Below are positions 1-10,017 of a stretch of DNA of 64,000 nucleotides, piece by piece. The stretch comes from an uncultured Bacteroidaceae bacterium (GTDB lineage Bacteria; Bacteroidota; Bacteroidia; Bacteroidales; SM23-62): assembly GCA_963777115.1 (NCBI GenBank), contig CAVZPP010000002.1, positions 841,741-905,740 of the forward strand, in the 5' to 3' direction. The position numbers and the translations under genes were made by a program. The notes beneath the pieces are model-generated. The model did no database searches. It saw nothing but the letters and a program-made list of their open reading frames with translations, and was not told where the DNA came from. Position 1 is the stretch's first letter. Each line of letters opens with the position of its first letter.

Positions 1-1
1 T

Positions 2-1261
2 CTCTGGAATTATTATTATTCTAACCTTTTATTGAATTGCCAGATTCTGGTAAAGTACACCGCTGATGATGAAGCATTGCTGAACAAACACCAGGTAGCC
101 AGGATATGGAAAGTGTACTCATTCCACAGGGTTACTGACCTCTGGGGAGATGTACCCTATTCGGATGCATGGAAGCTGCTTGATGATTATTCAAAGGAAA
201 GCATAACCCCGAAATACGATACCCAGGAGGATATCTATACTGATATGCTGGAAGAATTGAAAGACGCAGCTTCAAAAATTGATCCAACAGGGGAGTTTTA
301 TTCAAACGACATGATCTTTGACGGGAATATGGAACTGTGGATTAAGTTTGCAAACTCACTCAGACTCCGCCTTGCTGTTCGAAGTGGTAATCAACAGGTC
401 ATTAATGAAATTATTGCTGAGGACAATTTAATATCTGATTTGGATGAGGGAGCAGAGTTCACATACATCGAACCAAAAGAATGGTGGAGCCCGTATTATG
501 AGATGAATATCAGTTCCAGAAATCCGACGAATCCGGATCTGACCGGTACTGCAGTTTCCAAGGTTAGTGAATTGATGGCTGCCATACTTAATGCTACGGG
601 TGATCCTCGTTTTGAGATTTTTCTCCAGCCCATTGAAACAGATAATTTTTCCTATCGGGGAGTACCCAATCTGATGGATGCCAAAAAGAAAGAAAACCAG
701 GCTCTGGGCATGGGTGTAATGAGCACCTCCTATATTGGAAGATACTTCTCAGAAGATCCTACCTGGACAAAATTCCTTGTCAGCTATGCCGAAGTTTGTT
801 TCCTGAGATCAGAAGCAGCTTTCAGGGGATGGACCACAGAGGATGCCCAATACTGGTATGAAGAAGGGGTAGGGGCCGCTATGGAATTATACGAAATTCC
901 TGCAGATGATATATCCGCCTTTTTGTCCTCCGGGGGAGCCTGGACCAATTCCCTGGAGTTGATCATCACAGAAAAATGGATTGCCCTGTTCCTGGACGGC
1001 TGGGAAGCCTTCTCAGAATACAGGAGAACCGGGTATCCCCAGCTGATGAAATACGAAATGGTACTTGATGGAATTAAGATAAAAGAAATAGAGTTCGTAC
1101 CTGTTTCCAGGGACTATGTTCCTGGCAGGCTGCCTTATCCTTTGGATGAGAAGAGCCTGAATAAAGAGAATTATAATGAGGCTCTCAGCAGGATTGGAGG
1201 TACCGACGATTACTACCAGCAGGTCTGGTGGTCAAAGAAATTTGGAGATATTAATTATTAA
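2..1261 (+). CDS. SusD/RagB family outer-membrane nutrient-binding lipoprotein (5' end outside window)
   Basis: Motifs FHRVTDLWGDVPYS, PKYDTQEDIY, WIKFANSLRLRLA, IITEKWIALF and EYRRTGYP. The frame is open from base 2. Confidence 0.9.
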   Translation, partial: LWNYYYSNLLLNCQILVKYTADDEALLNKHQVARIWKVYSFHRVTDLWGDVPYSDAWKLLDDYSKESITPKYDTQEDIYTDMLEELKDAASKIDPTGEFYSNDMIFDGNMELWIKFANSLRLRLAVRSGNQQVINEIIAEDNLISDLDEGAEFTYIEPKEWWSPYYEMNISSRNPTNPDLTGTAVSKVSELMAAILNATGDPRFEIFLQPIETDNFSYRGVPNLMDAKKKENQALGMGVMSTSYIGRYFSEDPTWTKFLVSYAEVCFLRSEAAFRGWTTEDAQYWYEEGVGAAMELYEIPADDISAFLSSGGAWTNSLELIITEKWIALFLDGWEAFSEYRRTGYPQLMKYEMVLDGIKIKEIEFVPVSRDYVPGRLPYPLDEKSLNKENYNEALSRIGGTDDYYQQVWWSKKFGDINY

Positions 1262-1287
1262 AGATTCACTGTTCCGAACAAGCTGAC

Positions 1288-4200
1288 ATGAAATATATTA
1301 TCATAGCTGTAGTTGCTGTCTGTATTTTGTTTGTCCCGAAGGCAAAGGCTCAGACGGAATCCAAGCAGGAATTCCGTGCAACCTGGGTAGCCTCCGTTGC
1401 AAATATTGACTGGCCAAAGTATGAACACAGGGGAAAGTATGAAGATCAGAAAAATGACCTCATTCAGATGCTTAACGATTTCCAGGCATTGAATTTCAAT
1501 GCAATCTTATTGCAGGTGAGATCAGAATGCGATGCAATGTATAATTCTACCTATGAGCCATGGTCAAGATACCTCTCAGGGACCCAGGGAACAGATCCCG
1601 GATACGATCCACTTCAGTTTGCCATTGATGAAGCCCATAAAAGAGGAATTGAACTGCATGCCTGGATGAATCCTTACCGGATTAATGCATCGACCAGTGA
1701 TGGCTCCGGTTATTATCATACCGAGCATATCTATTTGGAGCATCCGGAATGGGCGATGGTATATCCTTCAAACAAGAAAATACTGAATCCCGGCCTGCCG
1801 GAAGTTATGTCCTATATCGGTTCAGTTGTGAGGGATCTCGTTGAGAACTATGAGGTTGACGGGGTGCACTTCGATGATTATTTTTATGGTTACGAAGGTA
1901 CCCTGGCATCCTATGACCAGGATGCTTATGATCTGTATGGAGGGGGCATGGCCAGGGATGACTGGAGAAGGGATAATGTAAACCGTATGATCGATACGGT
2001 CTATAAGGTGATACAGGAAACCGATCCGGATGTCAGGTTCGGGGTCAGTCCCTTTGGAATCTACAAAAACGGTGTGCCTCAGGGTATCGTTGGACTGGAC
2101 GCATACAGCGTGATCTATTGCGACCCACTGGCATGGCTGGAAGGTGGAGATGTAGACTATATTACTCCGCAGATGTACTGGCCAACAGGAGGGGGACAGG
2201 ATTTTGAGACACTGGCTCAATTCTGGTCTGACACCGTCTCACATTTCGGCAGGCATCTTTACGCTGGACAGGGGAGCTACCGGCTTTCGAGCAATCCCGA
2301 CCTTAAAGCAATGCAGGTGGATTCCGGACTTCATGAATCCAAGATGTATTTCGACCTGATGCCGGAGGATAACCTCTCTAATATGGAGCAAAGACTAAAG
2401 AGTACAAGTGATCCGGTGGCTCCGTGGACCCTGGGACAAATAGGACTACAGATAGATATTATCCGGTCACACCAGGATAAAGCAGGACTGGGTTCAGTGT
2501 TTTTCAGTGCAAAGGATTTCAGGCGTGTGAACGGATTGGCGGATTACCTGCAGCAGGAAAAATATACACATGTAAGCCTGGCTCCGGAAATGACCTGGAA
2601 ACCAGGTTCGGCGCCTGCTGCTCCCCAGAATATCACCACATTCGTAAACGGTGAGGATTATTACCTTACATGGGATGCCGGAGCTACAGGGACGGAAAGA
2701 TTTTATGTGTATTCCAGCAGTACAAGTATAGATCCCGTAAGCATTGTAAGTGATCCCGACAACCTCCAGGGAAGATCTTTCACAAATTCAATTCCTCTTG
2801 CAGGTTTAGTTATTCCGGAAGGAGCTTCGCTGGTTGTCACTGCCGTTTCACGTATCGGAAAAGAGAGTGATCCCAGCGCCCTGTATGAACTGGCTGAGGG
2901 AATACCCATGGTGGAGCTTGTCTCACCTGCAGATAGCGAGGTTCTTGGGACTGAGGATTTATTGAAATGGAGGTCCATGACACAGGACACATTATTCCAG
3001 CTGCAGGTTTCTGGCAACAGCAGCTTCAGCAATGTATTATACACCTCCGACTGGATCAGGGATTCTTCCTTCAGCATTTCGCCGCTTCAACTCGATGGTG
3101 AGACAGATTATTTCTGGAGGGCAAGAGCAAAGAGGGATGCAGGCGGACCCTATTCTGCTCCATGGAAGTTCCGTACGGGCTACCCGGCAGTACCCGAATT
3201 GACTGCACCTGAAAGCCTTCAACAACTGGTATCCACCCGCCCCAGGATTGAGTGGACCAGCAGTCCCTCTACCGACAGCATCAGGGTACTTATTTCTGAG
3301 AGCAGTTCATTTGATATTATTGCCGCAGATGATACTTTTGATGCAACAGCGGGAGAAGGGATTATTTCCGGAGAGCTGGGAAAAAATAAATGGTTCTATG
3401 CCAGGATCAAGGGAATTAATGAATATGGCAGTAGCGGGTATTCTGCGGATATTCCGTTTAAGACCACTAGCGGTGAAATTCCGGAAGTTAAACTGCTTGC
3501 CCCCGCTGACCAGTCCACCGTATCATCCTTTGACAGCCTGAGATGGGAAACAACGACAGGCTCGGGAAGCATCACATATTTAGTTGAGATTTCCCTCGAT
3601 GCAAACTTCAGCAGTGTTCTGTTTACAACAGGCTGGATACCATCACTTTATATCCTGGCTTCAGATCTGAACCTGGAAGGAAAGCGAAGTTATTACTGGC
3701 GGGTAAAGGCAAAAAGCGAATTCGGTGAAAGCGATTATACAGAGATTCGCAACTACACTGCGGGTTATCCGACAAGGCCATCAATTACCTCTCCCGGCTC
3801 CCTTTCAGAGAATAATGATGTTTATACGACTATTGGCTGGACAACAGATCCGGATGTAGACTCTGTCTATGTCGAGTTTGCCGAAGATGGTAAATTCACG
3901 ACTGTTAATAAATACGAAACCTTTGTCGCCACACCTGGAACGGGACAACTCAGCAGTCCCTTGCAAGGCCTCACCTGGTATTTTGCCAGAATTCAGGCCA
4001 TCAACGGATATGGAAGCAGCGTTTTCAGTGCAAGCAAATATTTCCGCACCGAAGAAGCCAGCCTCGTTGATAAACTCTCATCCTCCCATGCATTCGGGTT
4101 CGACATATTACCTAATGTCATAAGCGGGGAAAATGCCATTATCAGGTTGAAAATGCAGAGACCCTCGGCGATATCCATACAGGTGTACAATGCATTTGGA

Positions 4201-4356
4201 AGCGAAATTTTGATGGCTGAAAGGAAGCTGATGGCAGAGGAAGGTGTATCGGAGATAACACTGAATAGAGATGCACTTGGATTACCCGGTGTTTACCTGG
4301 TAAGGTTAACAGCAAATGGGAGCAGCATTGTTAAACGAATATTCCTGGTGGAGTAA
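1288..4356 (+). CDS. GHL10 (DUF187, YddW/DigH-like) glycosyl hydrolase with FN3-like repeats and a T9SS C-terminal sorting domain
   Basis: Signal peptide; EFRATWVASVANIDWP, LHAWMNPYR, DGVHFDDYFY, DYITPQMYW; repeated YxWRVxA beta-sandwich units; C-terminal PGVYLVRL..KRIFLV. Confidence 0.88.
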   Translation: MKYIIIAVVAVCILFVPKAKAQTESKQEFRATWVASVANIDWPKYEHRGKYEDQKNDLIQMLNDFQALNFNAILLQVRSECDAMYNSTYEPWSRYLSGTQGTDPGYDPLQFAIDEAHKRGIELHAWMNPYRINASTSDGSGYYHTEHIYLEHPEWAMVYPSNKKILNPGLPEVMSYIGSVVRDLVENYEVDGVHFDDYFYGYEGTLASYDQDAYDLYGGGMARDDWRRDNVNRMIDTVYKVIQETDPDVRFGVSPFGIYKNGVPQGIVGLDAYSVIYCDPLAWLEGGDVDYITPQMYWPTGGGQDFETLAQFWSDTVSHFGRHLYAGQGSYRLSSNPDLKAMQVDSGLHESKMYFDLMPEDNLSNMEQRLKSTSDPVAPWTLGQIGLQIDIIRSHQDKAGLGSVFFSAKDFRRVNGLADYLQQEKYTHVSLAPEMTWKPGSAPAAPQNITTFVNGEDYYLTWDAGATGTERFYVYSSSTSIDPVSIVSDPDNLQGRSFTNSIPLAGLVIPEGASLVVTAVSRIGKESDPSALYELAEGIPMVELVSPADSEVLGTEDLLKWRSMTQDTLFQLQVSGNSSFSNVLYTSDWIRDSSFSISPLQLDGETDYFWRARAKRDAGGPYSAPWKFRTGYPAVPELTAPESLQQLVSTRPRIEWTSSPSTDSIRVLISESSSFDIIAADDTFDATAGEGIISGELGKNKWFYARIKGINEYGSSGYSADIPFKTTSGEIPEVKLLAPADQSTVSSFDSLRWETTTGSGSITYLVEISLDANFSSVLFTTGWIPSLYILASDLNLEGKRSYYWRVKAKSEFGESDYTEIRNYTAGYPTRPSITSPGSLSENNDVYTTIGWTTDPDVDSVYVEFAEDGKFTTVNKYETFVATPGTGQLSSPLQGLTWYFARIQAINGYGSSVFSASKYFRTEEASLVDKLSSSHAFGFDILPNVISGENAIIRLKMQRPSAISIQVYNAFGSEILMAERKLMAEEGVSEITLNRDALGLPGVYLVRLTANGSSIVKRIFLVE

Positions 4357-4372
4357 TGAAAATATGTAATTA

Positions 4373-5218
4373 ATGATTGCAATAGCAGACAGCGGATCGA
4401 CAAGCACAGACTGGAGAATAATTGATGGCAGTGATACCATCAATATCAGGGGGAATGGGGTCAATCCGTATTTCATGACCAGCGAGCAAATTGTTGAGGA
4501 GTTAATATCCGGGGAGCTTAATGGTTATTTCAAGGATATTGAGAAAGTGTTTTTCTATGGAGCGGGACTGGCAAATGATCCTGTGAAAGAAATCATGCAA
4601 AGCGCCTTTGAGAAGGTATTTGTGAATGCAGTTTCATTAAGTTTTGAAGATGACCTGCTTGCTGCTTCAAGGGCGCTATTCAAAACAGGAGATGGCATTG
4701 CCTGCATTCTGGGAACAGGATCAAATTCATGCCTTTACAGGAATGGATTGATAGTAGACAGGATTCCTGCCCTGGGTTATATCCTGGGAGATGAGGGCAG
4801 TGGTGCCAGACTTGGGATAAATTTTATCAATGCCCTTCTGAAAAGGCAGCTCCCTGAAGAATTGAGCCGGAAGCTTATTGAAGATGAAGGATTATCAATG
4901 AACCAGGTACTGGAAAATGTATACAGGAAAAAGCTGCCTAATCGTTACCTGGCATCAATAACAAAAATTATACATGCAAATCTTGAATACGGAGAGGTGA
5001 AGAGAATTGTCCTGGATTCATTTGAGGATTTTTATTTAAAAAACATCTCAAGGTATGAAGGCCATGAAAACCTGGAAATCGGATTTGTTGGTTCTGTCTC
5101 CTGGCATTTCAGAAACCTGCTGGAAGAGGTATTACAGAAACATGGGCTCAGAGTGTCCCGGATCCTGCAGGCTCCAGTTGATGAACTGGTAAGTTTTCAT
5201 ACACAGGCAAAGAAATAA
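4373..5218 (+). CDS. BadF/BadG/BcrA/BcrD-family N-acetylhexosamine kinase (MurK-like MurNAc/GlcNAc kinase)
   Basis: IADSGSTSTDW, CILGTGSNS, GYILGDEGSG and FVGSV motifs; lies directly upstream of murQ. Confidence 0.82.
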   Translation: MIAIADSGSTSTDWRIIDGSDTINIRGNGVNPYFMTSEQIVEELISGELNGYFKDIEKVFFYGAGLANDPVKEIMQSAFEKVFVNAVSLSFEDDLLAASRALFKTGDGIACILGTGSNSCLYRNGLIVDRIPALGYILGDEGSGARLGINFINALLKRQLPEELSRKLIEDEGLSMNQVLENVYRKKLPNRYLASITKIIHANLEYGEVKRIVLDSFEDFYLKNISRYEGHENLEIGFVGSVSWHFRNLLEEVLQKHGLRVSRILQAPVDELVSFHTQAKK

Positions 5219-5231
5219 AATTAAAGAAACC

Positions 5232-6044
5232 ATGATAAACTATACGGAGTCCCCTTCATATTATGATGACCTTGAGAAGATGTCCGTTGGTGAATTGCTG
5301 GGGAACATCAACCATGAGGACAGCACGGTTCATATTGCAGTCAGTAAAATACTGCCACAGATTGAAAAGGTTGTATCGACGATTATCCCGAGAATTAAGA
5401 GGGGTGGCCGGCTTTTTTATGTCGGGGCAGGAACGAGCGGGAGGCTCGGTATACTTGATGCATCTGAGATACCTCCAACCTTCGGAGTGCCTTTTGATAT
5501 CGTTATTGGGATTATTGCCGGAGGGGACAGGGCAATAAGGAAGGCTGTTGAATCAGCAGAAGATGATGAAGCTGGTGCCTGGCGGGATCTTCAGAAATTT
5601 GAACCTCATGAAAGTGATTCTGTGGTCGGCATCGCCGCTTCCGGACGGACTCCCTATGTGATAGGTGCTGTAAAGGATGCCAGGAAAGCAGGCCTGTTCA
5701 CTTCCTGCATTACCTGTAATGAAAATACCAGGCTTGCTGCTGAAGTGGATGTGCCCCTGGAGGCTGTAGTGGGACCGGAATTTGTGACAGGGAGTACACG
5801 GATGAAGGCAGGCACTGCACAAAAACTGATCCTGAATATGATCACGACCTCGGTTATGATTAAGTTGGGAAAGGTGAAGGGCAACAAAATGATCGATATG
5901 CAGCTGACAAACCAGAAACTCGTTGACCGGGGTTCCAAAATGATCATGGATGAATTGAAGCTGAGCTATGCTGAGTCAAGGCGTCTTCTTCTTCTGTTCG
6001 GTTCAGTAAGGGATGTGCTGAACAATTATAAAAAAGACTTATAG
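5232..6044 (+). CDS. murQ: N-acetylmuramic acid 6-phosphate etherase
   Basis: GAGTSGRLGILDASEIPPTFG, GIAASGRTPYV and GPEFVTGSTRMKAGTAQKLILNM motifs. Confidence 0.96.
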   Translation: MINYTESPSYYDDLEKMSVGELLGNINHEDSTVHIAVSKILPQIEKVVSTIIPRIKRGGRLFYVGAGTSGRLGILDASEIPPTFGVPFDIVIGIIAGGDRAIRKAVESAEDDEAGAWRDLQKFEPHESDSVVGIAASGRTPYVIGAVKDARKAGLFTSCITCNENTRLAAEVDVPLEAVVGPEFVTGSTRMKAGTAQKLILNMITTSVMIKLGKVKGNKMIDMQLTNQKLVDRGSKMIMDELKLSYAESRRLLLLFGSVRDVLNNYKKDL

Positions 6045-6072
6045 TAAAAGAATCAACACTGTCCTTTCGGTT

Positions 6073-6795
6073 TTAGAACCGGTTCAGGTATTTAAGATAG
6101 ATTTCCCTGGTACGCTCAAGGTGTAAGCTCATTATCTCATAAGCCTCTTTCTCATTCTGTTCCCTGATAGATTTTAACACTTTGGTGTGGAACTCAACGG
6201 TATGAGGCTTTTCTCCATCAATATTGGCGTATATAAAATTCCTCATTCTCGGCAGCAGTGTATAGATGGGTTCCATGGTAATCTGCACAATAGGGTTTGA
6301 AGTGGCCTTCGTTATGATCAAATGGAATTTATTATCCAGGTCTGCTTCCTCCTGGGTATTGTCAGGGTCACATTTAATAAACTCATTAAGGTTGTTTTCC
6401 AGTTCATCCAGGTTTTCCTGGGTCCGGTTAACTGCAGCAAGCCTGGCAATTTCAGGTTCGAAAATCCGGCGAACCTCAATAATCTGATCGATAAGTTTAT
6501 TATCAAATTTCAGGTCGTAATAAAGGTTGAGGCTGTCAATAGCGTCCTCGATTTTAATCTCTGAGACGTAGATCCCGCTACCCTTCTGAATGAGGATCAG
6601 TCCCCTGGCACTTAAGCGCCTCAATGCTTCCCTCAGGGCTGTCCTGCTGACACCGAAAGATTTGCACATCTCATGCTCTGATGGAAGCTTGGTACCTATA
6701 GTCAGCTTCTTTTCACGGATGGCAGCTTCAATGGTCCTCTCAATCTTCTGGCTGAGTGTCTGTTTGTTTCCAATATCCTGAAAGATATTTTCCAT
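6073..6795 (-). CDS. FadR/GntR family transcriptional regulator (FCD domain)
   Basis: GntR wHTH (LPSEHEMCKSFGVSRTALREAL) followed by an FCD domain (DNKFHLII..N, H..V). Confidence 0.92.
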   Translation of the reverse strand: MENIFQDIGNKQTLSQKIERTIEAAIREKKLTIGTKLPSEHEMCKSFGVSRTALREALRRLSARGLILIQKGSGIYVSEIKIEDAIDSLNLYYDLKFDNKLIDQIIEVRRIFEPEIARLAAVNRTQENLDELENNLNEFIKCDPDNTQEEADLDNKFHLIITKATSNPIVQITMEPIYTLLPRMRNFIYANIDGEKPHTVEFHTKVLKSIREQNEKEAYEIMSLHLERTREIYLKYLNRF

Positions 6796-6866
6796 TTTAT
6801 TCTTAATTAGTATGTTTCAGATCTATTTTTTCCAATGCAGCAACATACTCTCATTTTATGAAGCTG

Positions 6867-6874
6867 CAAAGGTA
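6867..6874 (-). promoter_or_regulatory. Bacteroidota sigma-A -7 element (TACCTTTG) upstream of the FadR regulator
   Basis: Exact TAnnTTTG match about 70 bp upstream of the start codon. Confidence 0.5.
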
Positions 6875-6879
6875 AATTT

Positions 6880-9738
6880 TTATTGTTTACTTGCTCTATC
6901 CACCAGGTACATTATTGATTGATAATTTATCCCGCTGTTCTTTGACAGGCCAATCTCACATGTGCGGCTGTTTGAGTATCCTGATCTGCAATCATTTACC
7001 TGCTCTTTTAATTTTCGTAATGCCCAGTTATTTACTCCCGGTTGTGAGAAACCTTTGTCCCCTGCAAAGCCGCAACAACCGACTTCTTCCGGAAAGATAT
7101 GATGATTGGTACAGGCCTCTGCAACCTTATGAAATTTGCTGCCAATTTCCATTTTGGTGCTACTGCAGGTAATGTGAAAAGCGATATTTTCTTCCTGCTT
7201 ACTGAGTTCCAGTTTGTCCAGTAAGAAATCATGAATAAATTCAACGGGTTCATACATTTTCAGACGGTCGGACATGACCCTGCGCATCCGGTAAATGCAT
7301 GGACTTGTATCGCAAAGGATGGGGTAGGTTCCGTTTTCACTGACTCGGAGTAATTCCGCCTCAAGTTCTGCGGATTTTAAATCAGCAATATCCGGAAATC
7401 CTTTGCTTTCCCATGGCGTTCCGCAGCAAAGATTTTCCATATTCTCAGGAAAGACAATACTGTATCCCGCCCTTTCAAGTACATTGACGGTAACTTGTAC
7501 CAGTGATTCCGGAGATGAGTCACCTTTAGAGGAACCCATGGACTGGTTGATACAACTCGGGAAATATACTACCCTGAGAGATTTATTACCTGATTCTTTC
7601 ACCCTTAGCTTCCTGAGCCTGGCGGGACCTGGCATATATTTATTCCATTCAGGGATTCGGCTGAAGGAGATCTTCCTGAAAGAGCGGGTCAGAAAACCAA
7701 ATATTCTGCTGCCCAATAGGGTGTGCAGTAGGTTCACCGCCCCAAGTCCCTTTCGAATAATCCTGGCAGTAAGGCTGAAATTCCTTGCAATCCGGTGTGC
7801 CCACTTCCGGCTGCCCGACTTTGCCTGGTTTTCAGAGGTCCGGAGTTTCTTGATAAATACTCCTGTATCAATATCGACCGGACAGCTGCTTGAACACAGT
7901 CCATCTCCGGCACAGGACAGATTTCCTGCATACCTGAAGGAATCCTCAAGGAGTCTGATCTTTTTCCGGTCTCCTTCCATAGATAATGCCCTGATTTCCC
8001 GTTGTACAACTATGCGTTGCCTGGCTGACAGAGTATGTCCTGTTGTCAAACAGTTAATCTCGCAGAAGCCACACTCAATGCATTTGTCAATGGTTTCGTC
8101 TACCACCGGCAGCTGCTTGAAGTTCTTGAGATGTGCTTCAGGATCACTGTTGATAATTACCCCGGGATTCAAAATTGCACGGGGGTCGCAAGCTGACTTT
8201 ATCTCTTTCATTATCCCGTAAAGTCCTTCACCCCATTCAAGAGATACAAAAGGTGCCATGTTTATCCCGGTTCCGTGTTCAGCTTTCAGGGAGCCCTGGT
8301 ATTTATTTACGATCAGGTCTGTCAACTGCCTGATCAGTTTATCATATCTTTTCAGCTCATCGGGATCATGGAAATCCTGGGCAAAAATGAAATGCATGTT
8401 GCCATCCAGAGCATGACCATAGATTACTGCATCATGATAATTCAGATCATCCAGCATTTTTCTCATATCCTCGACCGCATCAGCCAGGTATTCCAGCTTG
8501 ACTGCAACATCCTCAATAATTACAACGGTCCCTGGTTCTCTCATTCCCCCGACAGAGGGGAATACACCTTTCCGGATTTTCCAGTACTCATTAATCTGCT
8601 TCTGGTCAAAGGTTATATTGAAATCCCTGGCCAGTCTGAATTCCTCAAGGGACGCCTGCGTCAGTTGTATGTTCTGCTGCAGGATTTTTTCGTCTTCAGT
8701 TTCCAGATCTATCAGCAGGGCAGTTACCTCGTCTCCCAATGATTTAATAAAATCCGGCATGCCTGCTTTGTTCTCAATGGATCGTAATGCTTGCCGGTCT
8801 ATCAGTTCAATGGCAGTGACACCGGACTTTTTCAGGGCCGGTACGGCAAGACAGGCATCCTTCAGGTTTCTGAAGTAAACCATGGCCGAGGCCCTGTAAT
8901 CCAATATGGGAATAGTTTTAAATATAGCTTCTGAAATAAATCCCAGTGTGCCTTCAGATCCAACCATCAGGTGAAGTATGATATCAATCGGATCATCATA
9001 ATCCAGGAAGGAATTCAATCCATAACCAGTGGTGTTTTTGATTTTGAACTTTTCCTGTATAGTATCCCTGAATGAAGGCTCATTTCTGATTCTGGATTTG
9101 AGTTCCTCAATCTTTTCAACCAGTTCGGTCTTAGTATTCCTGAAATCCTCCCGGCTTTTTTCCTCCGAAGTATCCAGCAGGGTACCATCACTGAACACTA
9201 TCCTGGCAGATTCAATAGTTGCATAACTATTCGCATGTATGCCACAGCTCATACCACTGGCATTATTGGCAATGATCCCGCCTATCATGGCTGAATTAAC
9301 CGAGGCAGGATCAGGTCCGAATTTAACCTTGTAGGGCCTGAGCAATTGGTTGAGCCTGAGTCCTGTCATACCGGGCTGGACTCTCACGTATCTGCCTTCA
9401 CTGAGAACGGTTGCCTTGCTCCAGTCATCACCTCTGGCCTGAACCAGAACAGAGTCTGAGATCGCCTGTCCCGATAGACTGGTACCGGCAGCCCTAAATG
9501 TGAGAGGAATAGATTCCTTGAACAGCTTTTCAAGGATATGGATAACTTCATTCTCATTTCCAGGGAGCAGGACCGCTTCGGGGGTTTTCCTGTAACAGCC
9601 GGCATCTGTACCATAAGCTATCCTGGAAAAATAGTCGGTGAGGACTGCCTTTTTTCCGATTTTCGATTGTAATTCTTTTAAAGTCTTATCAATCCCTGCT
9701 TTTGCCATATTCACATCATTATCATATTTGTATGACAT
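6880..9738 (-). CDS. FAD-binding and (Fe-S)-binding oxidoreductase, D-lactate dehydrogenase Dld-II type (start may be ATG at 9708)
   Basis: FRAAGTSLSGQA, GPDPAS, GSEGTLG, GHALDGNMH, SLKAEHGTG, CIECGFCE and two CCG motifs. Confidence 0.85.
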   Translation of the reverse strand: MSYKYDNDVNMAKAGIDKTLKELQSKIGKKAVLTDYFSRIAYGTDAGCYRKTPEAVLLPGNENEVIHILEKLFKESIPLTFRAAGTSLSGQAISDSVLVQARGDDWSKATVLSEGRYVRVQPGMTGLRLNQLLRPYKVKFGPDPASVNSAMIGGIIANNASGMSCGIHANSYATIESARIVFSDGTLLDTSEEKSREDFRNTKTELVEKIEELKSRIRNEPSFRDTIQEKFKIKNTTGYGLNSFLDYDDPIDIILHLMVGSEGTLGFISEAIFKTIPILDYRASAMVYFRNLKDACLAVPALKKSGVTAIELIDRQALRSIENKAGMPDFIKSLGDEVTALLIDLETEDEKILQQNIQLTQASLEEFRLARDFNITFDQKQINEYWKIRKGVFPSVGGMREPGTVVIIEDVAVKLEYLADAVEDMRKMLDDLNYHDAVIYGHALDGNMHFIFAQDFHDPDELKRYDKLIRQLTDLIVNKYQGSLKAEHGTGINMAPFVSLEWGEGLYGIMKEIKSACDPRAILNPGVIINSDPEAHLKNFKQLPVVDETIDKCIECGFCEINCLTTGHTLSARQRIVVQREIRALSMEGDRKKIRLLEDSFRYAGNLSCAGDGLCSSSCPVDIDTGVFIKKLRTSENQAKSGSRKWAHRIARNFSLTARIIRKGLGAVNLLHTLLGSRIFGFLTRSFRKISFSRIPEWNKYMPGPARLRKLRVKESGNKSLRVVYFPSCINQSMGSSKGDSSPESLVQVTVNVLERAGYSIVFPENMENLCCGTPWESKGFPDIADLKSAELEAELLRVSENGTYPILCDTSPCIYRMRRVMSDRLKMYEPVEFIHDFLLDKLELSKQEENIAFHITCSSTKMEIGSKFHKVAEACTNHHIFPEEVGCCGFAGDKGFSQPGVNNWALRKLKEQVNDCRSGYSNSRTCEIGLSKNSGINYQSIMYLVDRASKQ

Positions 9739-9743
9739 ATGAT
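9721..9743. promoter_or_regulatory. Inverted repeat ATCATAT-ttgtatgac-ATATGAT, candidate FadR-family operator
   Basis: Perfect 7-bp arms around a TTGTATGAC core, just upstream of the probable dehydrogenase start at 9708. Confidence 0.35.
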
Positions 9744-10017
9744 CACATAAAGATATAGAATTATTATTTATCTGGAACGATAATTTTTCAATCCTTGTAT
9801 ATTACCCATAAAATAATAGTGAAAATACTAAGGACCAAGCATAACAGCTAAAAAATATGTTGTTCCGGATAAGGGAAATCAAGAGGTGAAATAGCTGGTT
9901 TACCAGGTGGATGGATAAATCTTTTTTATTATTTGGGCCCAATATGTAACATGTATTACAAATTTTCATTATTTTTGATAATTCCTTATTTCCAGGTACC
10001 AAATTACCTAATTGACG

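Noticed and set aside
7403-8878. Long plus-strand ORFs (272, 155 and 126 aa) and the many other short nested track ORFs
   Set aside because: They are antisense or out-of-frame shadows of well-supported genes and carry no recognisable motifs.
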